Positions 61,170 through 64,000 of a stretch of 64,000 nucleotides of DNA are shown here, in pieces. The notes beneath the pieces are model-generated. The model did not search any database, was not told where the DNA came from, and saw nothing but the letters and a program-made list of their open reading frames with translations. Source of the DNA: a virus (taxonomy: Duplodnaviria > Caudoviricetes); the IMG/VR virus record IMGVR_UViG_3300033068_001847, positions 1 through 64,000 of that record; one strand, written 5' to 3'. Position 1 is the stretch's first letter; each line of letters starts with the position of its first letter. The position numbers and the translations under genes are program-made.

Positions 61170-62356
61170 TTTATAATACTTTTATAAAAATCTGCTCTAT
61201 CAGCAGATACTTTTCTTAAATCATATTTATCTTTTACACTTTCGTAAAGTTTTTCGCCCATCTCTTTTCTAAGTTCTGGATTATCTATTAATTTCTTAGC
61301 ATAATATGACCAATCCTTATTAGATTTATCTTTAACTAAAAATCCATTCTCACCATGTTTAATATCAATCTGATAAGGTATAACATCAGAACAAATTACA
61401 GGTTTTTTGAAAAAACCAGCTTCAATTACTTTTAACTGAGATTTAGCTAAATTGAATTTATTATTTTCTAATGGTATTAAAGATATATCAAAAAGATTAT
61501 AATTCAAGCTATACGTAGATATAGGTTTAGTCCATACTCTTCTATATGGTAATTCTTGTATATCAGGATATTCTTCACGTTTAAAATCCATTAACCAGTT
61601 TAGATAATCCTTATGATTTTCTAAACTTTTGTAATCGGATGTAAAGATTTTTTCATATAAGAACCAAGGTGTTTCAGTAGGTTTTATTGGTCTTTCGTAA
61701 ATATTACCATATCCATCACGATCCTGAACATTTCCTCTGATATCATAACCACATAATACACTTTGAATTCTATTTTTATATTTTTCATTGATAGAATTAA
61801 ACATCGGTCTTAATAACTGTAAATCAAATAAATGTGAACTACCACCTAACCAACCTAATCTAACCTTATCTGATTCTTCTGGTTTAATTTGATATTTTTT
61901 AGAGGTTGGGTCAACCGCATTAGGAAATACTATAACATTATTATGGTGTTTACGAATATCTTTTGCAAAATGCTCCGTAGTTGTCGTGACATAATCTACT
62001 AAACTAAAATATTCAATACTAGTTTCAGCATGTTTAATTTTCTTAGCTAATTCATATTGTGGATGTTTAGGTGAAATCTCCCAATGATCATCAATATCTA
62101 AAATTATGATTTTACCCCTTTCTCTTAGTTTTGGTAAAAATATTTTAGCATGTTCTAAACTTAACATACTCTTACTTCCAAATATTATCTGAAATTTATC
62201 AAAGAATGCTTCATTATTCCAATCTGGTGCTGGTGTAATATCAATATAAAAATCGTTTCCAAACTGCTTTTGAATCTCAATATGTGGTTCTATAAATCTA
62301 AACGATCCAACTCCATAATTATCCTGATTAATTACTAAAATATTTATTTTACTCAT
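61166..62356 (-). CDS. glycosyltransferase (GT-B, GT4-like)
   Basis: DIDD, FPNAVD, GWLGGSSH, KSQLKVIEAG...PVICSD. Confidence 0.85.
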   Translation of the reverse strand: MSKINILVINQDNYGVGSFRFIEPHIEIQKQFGNDFYIDITPAPDWNNEAFFDKFQIIFGSKSMLSLEHAKIFLPKLRERGKIIILDIDDHWEISPKHPQYELAKKIKHAETSIEYFSLVDYVTTTTEHFAKDIRKHHNNVIVFPNAVDPTSKKYQIKPEESDKVRLGWLGGSSHLFDLQLLRPMFNSINEKYKNRIQSVLCGYDIRGNVQDRDGYGNIYERPIKPTETPWFLYEKIFTSDYKSLENHKDYLNWLMDFKREEYPDIQELPYRRVWTKPISTYSLNYNLFDISLIPLENNKFNLAKSQLKVIEAGFFKKPVICSDVIPYQIDIKHGENGFLVKDKSNKDWSYYAKKLIDNPELRKEMGEKLYESVKDKYDLRKVSADRADFYKSIIK

Positions 62357-62405
62357 GTTCTTTTATTTGAATAAAATATAATTGAAGTAATTAAGATTTT
62401 AAATA

Positions 62406-63236
62406 CTATTTTTTCTCTAAATCTTTAATTATCAAATCTCTTATATATTCAGACATTGTTACATGTAATCCTTGTTCAATAGATAATTCTTTTAATCTAT
62501 CAACAACATCATTATATATCTCTTTTTCCACACGTACTGGTGGTATTTTTAACGGTTTAAGGGTTACATTATTAATAAACTCACCTAATATTTCTCTTGT
62601 ATACATTTTATCTCTATCACCATTCATATAACGTTTTTTAACATCTGAATCTTCATGAAATAAAGGTTTAAGTGAAAGTTTATGAAAGTAATTACTTTCA
62701 TTAGTAAACATTTCATAAAACCAACCCTTCTTTTCCATCGGTGTAGATATAACAATAAGTTTACCTCCTGTTGATAACATCGGTAATAAGGAAATCCAGA
62801 AATTATCAAGATTCTTTATAAAAGCAGCCTGATCTATAATTACTATATCTGGTGTATATCCACAAAGTCCTGATTCATTAACAGTTCTAGCTTCGATACT
62901 ACCTGCTAAAAACTCTCTTCTAAATAAATTTTTATAAGTGATATCATCATTACCGATCTTATCAATTTTAGCTAAAAAATGTTTACCGTTTTCTTGTTTA
63001 ACACCAAAATATAAAATAGATTTATCATAGTGGAGTACTGCATAAGCTGCTGCGAAAGTAGAACATCCTGTTTGTCTAGGTGATTTAATTATAGTGAACT
63101 GGTTATTTTCAACAGCATCATAAAATAATAAAGCATTTTCTTCATTTAATTTATATCTTTCTTTTTCAAATTTCTGATTATTAATTGATATAGTTTTCTC
63201 TATATTTTTAATATACATTTGTTTTTTTAAATCCAT
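62406..63236 (-). CDS. degenerate terminase-like ATPase domain fused to ribbon-helix-helix domain
   Basis: KSPRQTGCST, IIDQAAF, VISTP..GWFY; C-terminal PVRVEKEIY...MSEYIRDLI; no nuclease domain. Confidence 0.65.
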   Translation of the reverse strand: MDLKKQMYIKNIEKTISINNQKFEKERYKLNEENALLFYDAVENNQFTIIKSPRQTGCSTFAAAYAVLHYDKSILYFGVKQENGKHFLAKIDKIGNDDITYKNLFRREFLAGSIEARTVNESGLCGYTPDIVIIDQAAFIKNLDNFWISLLPMLSTGGKLIVISTPMEKKGWFYEMFTNESNYFHKLSLKPLFHEDSDVKKRYMNGDRDKMYTREILGEFINNVTLKPLKIPPVRVEKEIYNDVVDRLKELSIEQGLHVTMSEYIRDLIIKDLEKK

Positions 63237-63262
63237 AATTATAAATAGTAAGATTTAAAAAA

Positions 63263-63296
63263 TTTGTAATACCTTTTTGTATTTATGTATTACAAA
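63263..63296. promoter_or_regulatory. inverted repeat, candidate RHH operator
   Basis: TTTGTAATAC-N14-GTATTACAAA upstream of the RHH fusion gene. Confidence 0.5.
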
Positions 63297-63325
63297 AAAC
63301 CCTCAGAGTTTTAATTCCGAGGGTT
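63294..63325 (-). terminator. intrinsic terminator
   Basis: AACCCUCGGA/UCUGAGGGUU stem plus U run. Confidence 0.8.
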
Positions 63326-63327
63326 CA

Positions 63328-63353
63328 CCGTAACATTAACTAACGGTCCTAAG
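63328..63353 (-). other. element complementary to 23S rRNA helix 69 region
   Basis: Plus strand CCGTAAC-attaac-TAACGGTCCTAAG versus conserved 23S CCGTAAC-TA-TAACGGTCCTAAG. Confidence 0.55.
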
Positions 63354-63377
63354 TCAAATTAATGTTTATTTTAAATA

Positions 63378-63773
63378 TTATTGTTCTTTACCGTATTTTT
63401 GTTCCCACCTATCTTGTACTAATTTCAAAGCTGCTACACCATCTTTCTCATCACAAAGTAACCTGATAGCTGTAATTTTAGCTTTATCTCCTTCAACAAA
63501 TTTAATTGCTGAAGCTCTATGGTGACCATCTAATATATGATCCTTCAAAGAGATGTAAATAGGTTTTGCTGTTTTTATATCGGTTTGTTTAGACATTTTC
63601 TTAATTTTATCTAAATCAACTTCTTTTTGTAATGGTTTAAGTTGTCCTACAGATACAATCACTGGTCTTACGTGTATATCAAATTCAAGTAGCGTATCCT
63701 TTACAAATCTGAAAGGTGCACTTACTTGCGGTAAATAAAACGGCTGTATCGGCTTCTGTTTTTGTTCTTCCAT
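63378..63773 (-). CDS. ParB/Srx N-terminal-like domain protein
   Basis: LKPLQ, PIYIS...ILDGHHRASA; TATTTATA at 63778-63785. Confidence 0.75.
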   Translation of the reverse strand: MEEQKQKPIQPFYLPQVSAPFRFVKDTLLEFDIHVRPVIVSVGQLKPLQKEVDLDKIKKMSKQTDIKTAKPIYISLKDHILDGHHRASAIKFVEGDKAKITAIRLLCDEKDGVAALKLVQDRWEQKYGKEQ

Positions 63774-63787
63774 TTCCTATAAATATC

Positions 63788-63988
63788 CTAATAAATACAT
63801 ATTACATGTTTAGGTTTAATATCTACTGTAATTACAGTGACTCCATCAGCATCAGTATAATCACAAACACCAAAATCAATATTTAATTCATCAATTATTA
63901 TTTGCATTTTTGAAATTTCAGTACCTGTTAGATCTAAGTCATGTATGAAAAAAGAACACTCATTTTGATTTTCAAAGCTATTAATCAA
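63788..63988 (-). CDS. hypothetical protein (start may lie outside window)
   Basis: Open frame near window edge. Confidence 0.45.
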   Translation of the reverse strand: MINSFENQNECSFFIHDLDLTGTEISKMQIIIDELNIDFGVCDYTDADGVTVITVDIKPKHVICIY

Positions 63989-64000
63989 ATTAAAGATTTT

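Noticed and set aside
1707-62809. All plus-strand ORFs in the track, and the nested minus ORF 62624-62809
   Set aside because: Short shadows overlapping well-supported minus-strand genes, with no recognisable motifs
62406-63236. Functional terminase large subunit
   Set aside because: Only 276 aa, Walker K and catalytic E substituted, nuclease domain absent
1-64000. Stop-codon reassignment as in Lak or some crAss-like phages
   Set aside because: Known genes are full length in the standard code, and TAA, TAG and TGA all terminate tightly packed ORFs
1-64000. tRNA, rRNA genes or CRISPR arrays
   Set aside because: Intergenic gaps are nearly all under about 150 nt; no cloverleaf or repeat-spacer pattern seen; the 23S match is only 20 nt

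Overview
AT-rich, densely packed window with essentially all real genes on the minus strand, read in the standard genetic code. It is best interpreted as part of a large (probably jumbo) contractile-tailed phage of Bacteroidota. The host call rests on Bacteroidota-like ClpP and DEDDh exonuclease, TTG-N19-TAnnTTTG-type promoters and no obvious Shine-Dalgarno sequences. Reading in transcription direction (right to left): ParB-like gene; degenerate terminase-ATPase/RHH fusion; glycosylation cluster (about 7 glycosyltransferases, glf, methyltransferase) interleaved with exonuclease, MazG-like, PhoH, GIY-YIG and HAD genes; gp55-like sigma factor; baseplate/tail module (gp5-, gp25-, gp6-like, wedge, tail-collar paralogues, DUF5977-like repeats); RuvC-like resolvase, primase, SbcD/SbcC; probable head-internal proteins; PD-(D/E)xK nuclease, dNMP kinase; ClpS-like + N-domain-less ClpC + thioredoxin + ClpP; Acb1-like 2H phosphodiesterase-GNAT fusion; N-formylglutamate amidohydrolase; start of a probable GMP reductase. 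Most striking observations: (1) a repeat domain split by an ACA-stop...ACA 50-nt gap with T4 gene 60 bypass-like geometry; (2) a 3' UTR element antisense to 23S rRNA helix 69; (3) a recurring TATTTATA putative late promoter, the reverse complement of the T4 late promoter, often only 3-4 nt from the ATG; (4) a multi-stem 5' UTR RNA; (5) a phage-encoded ClpS/ClpC/ClpP set. All calls come from motif recognition by eye; no searches were run.
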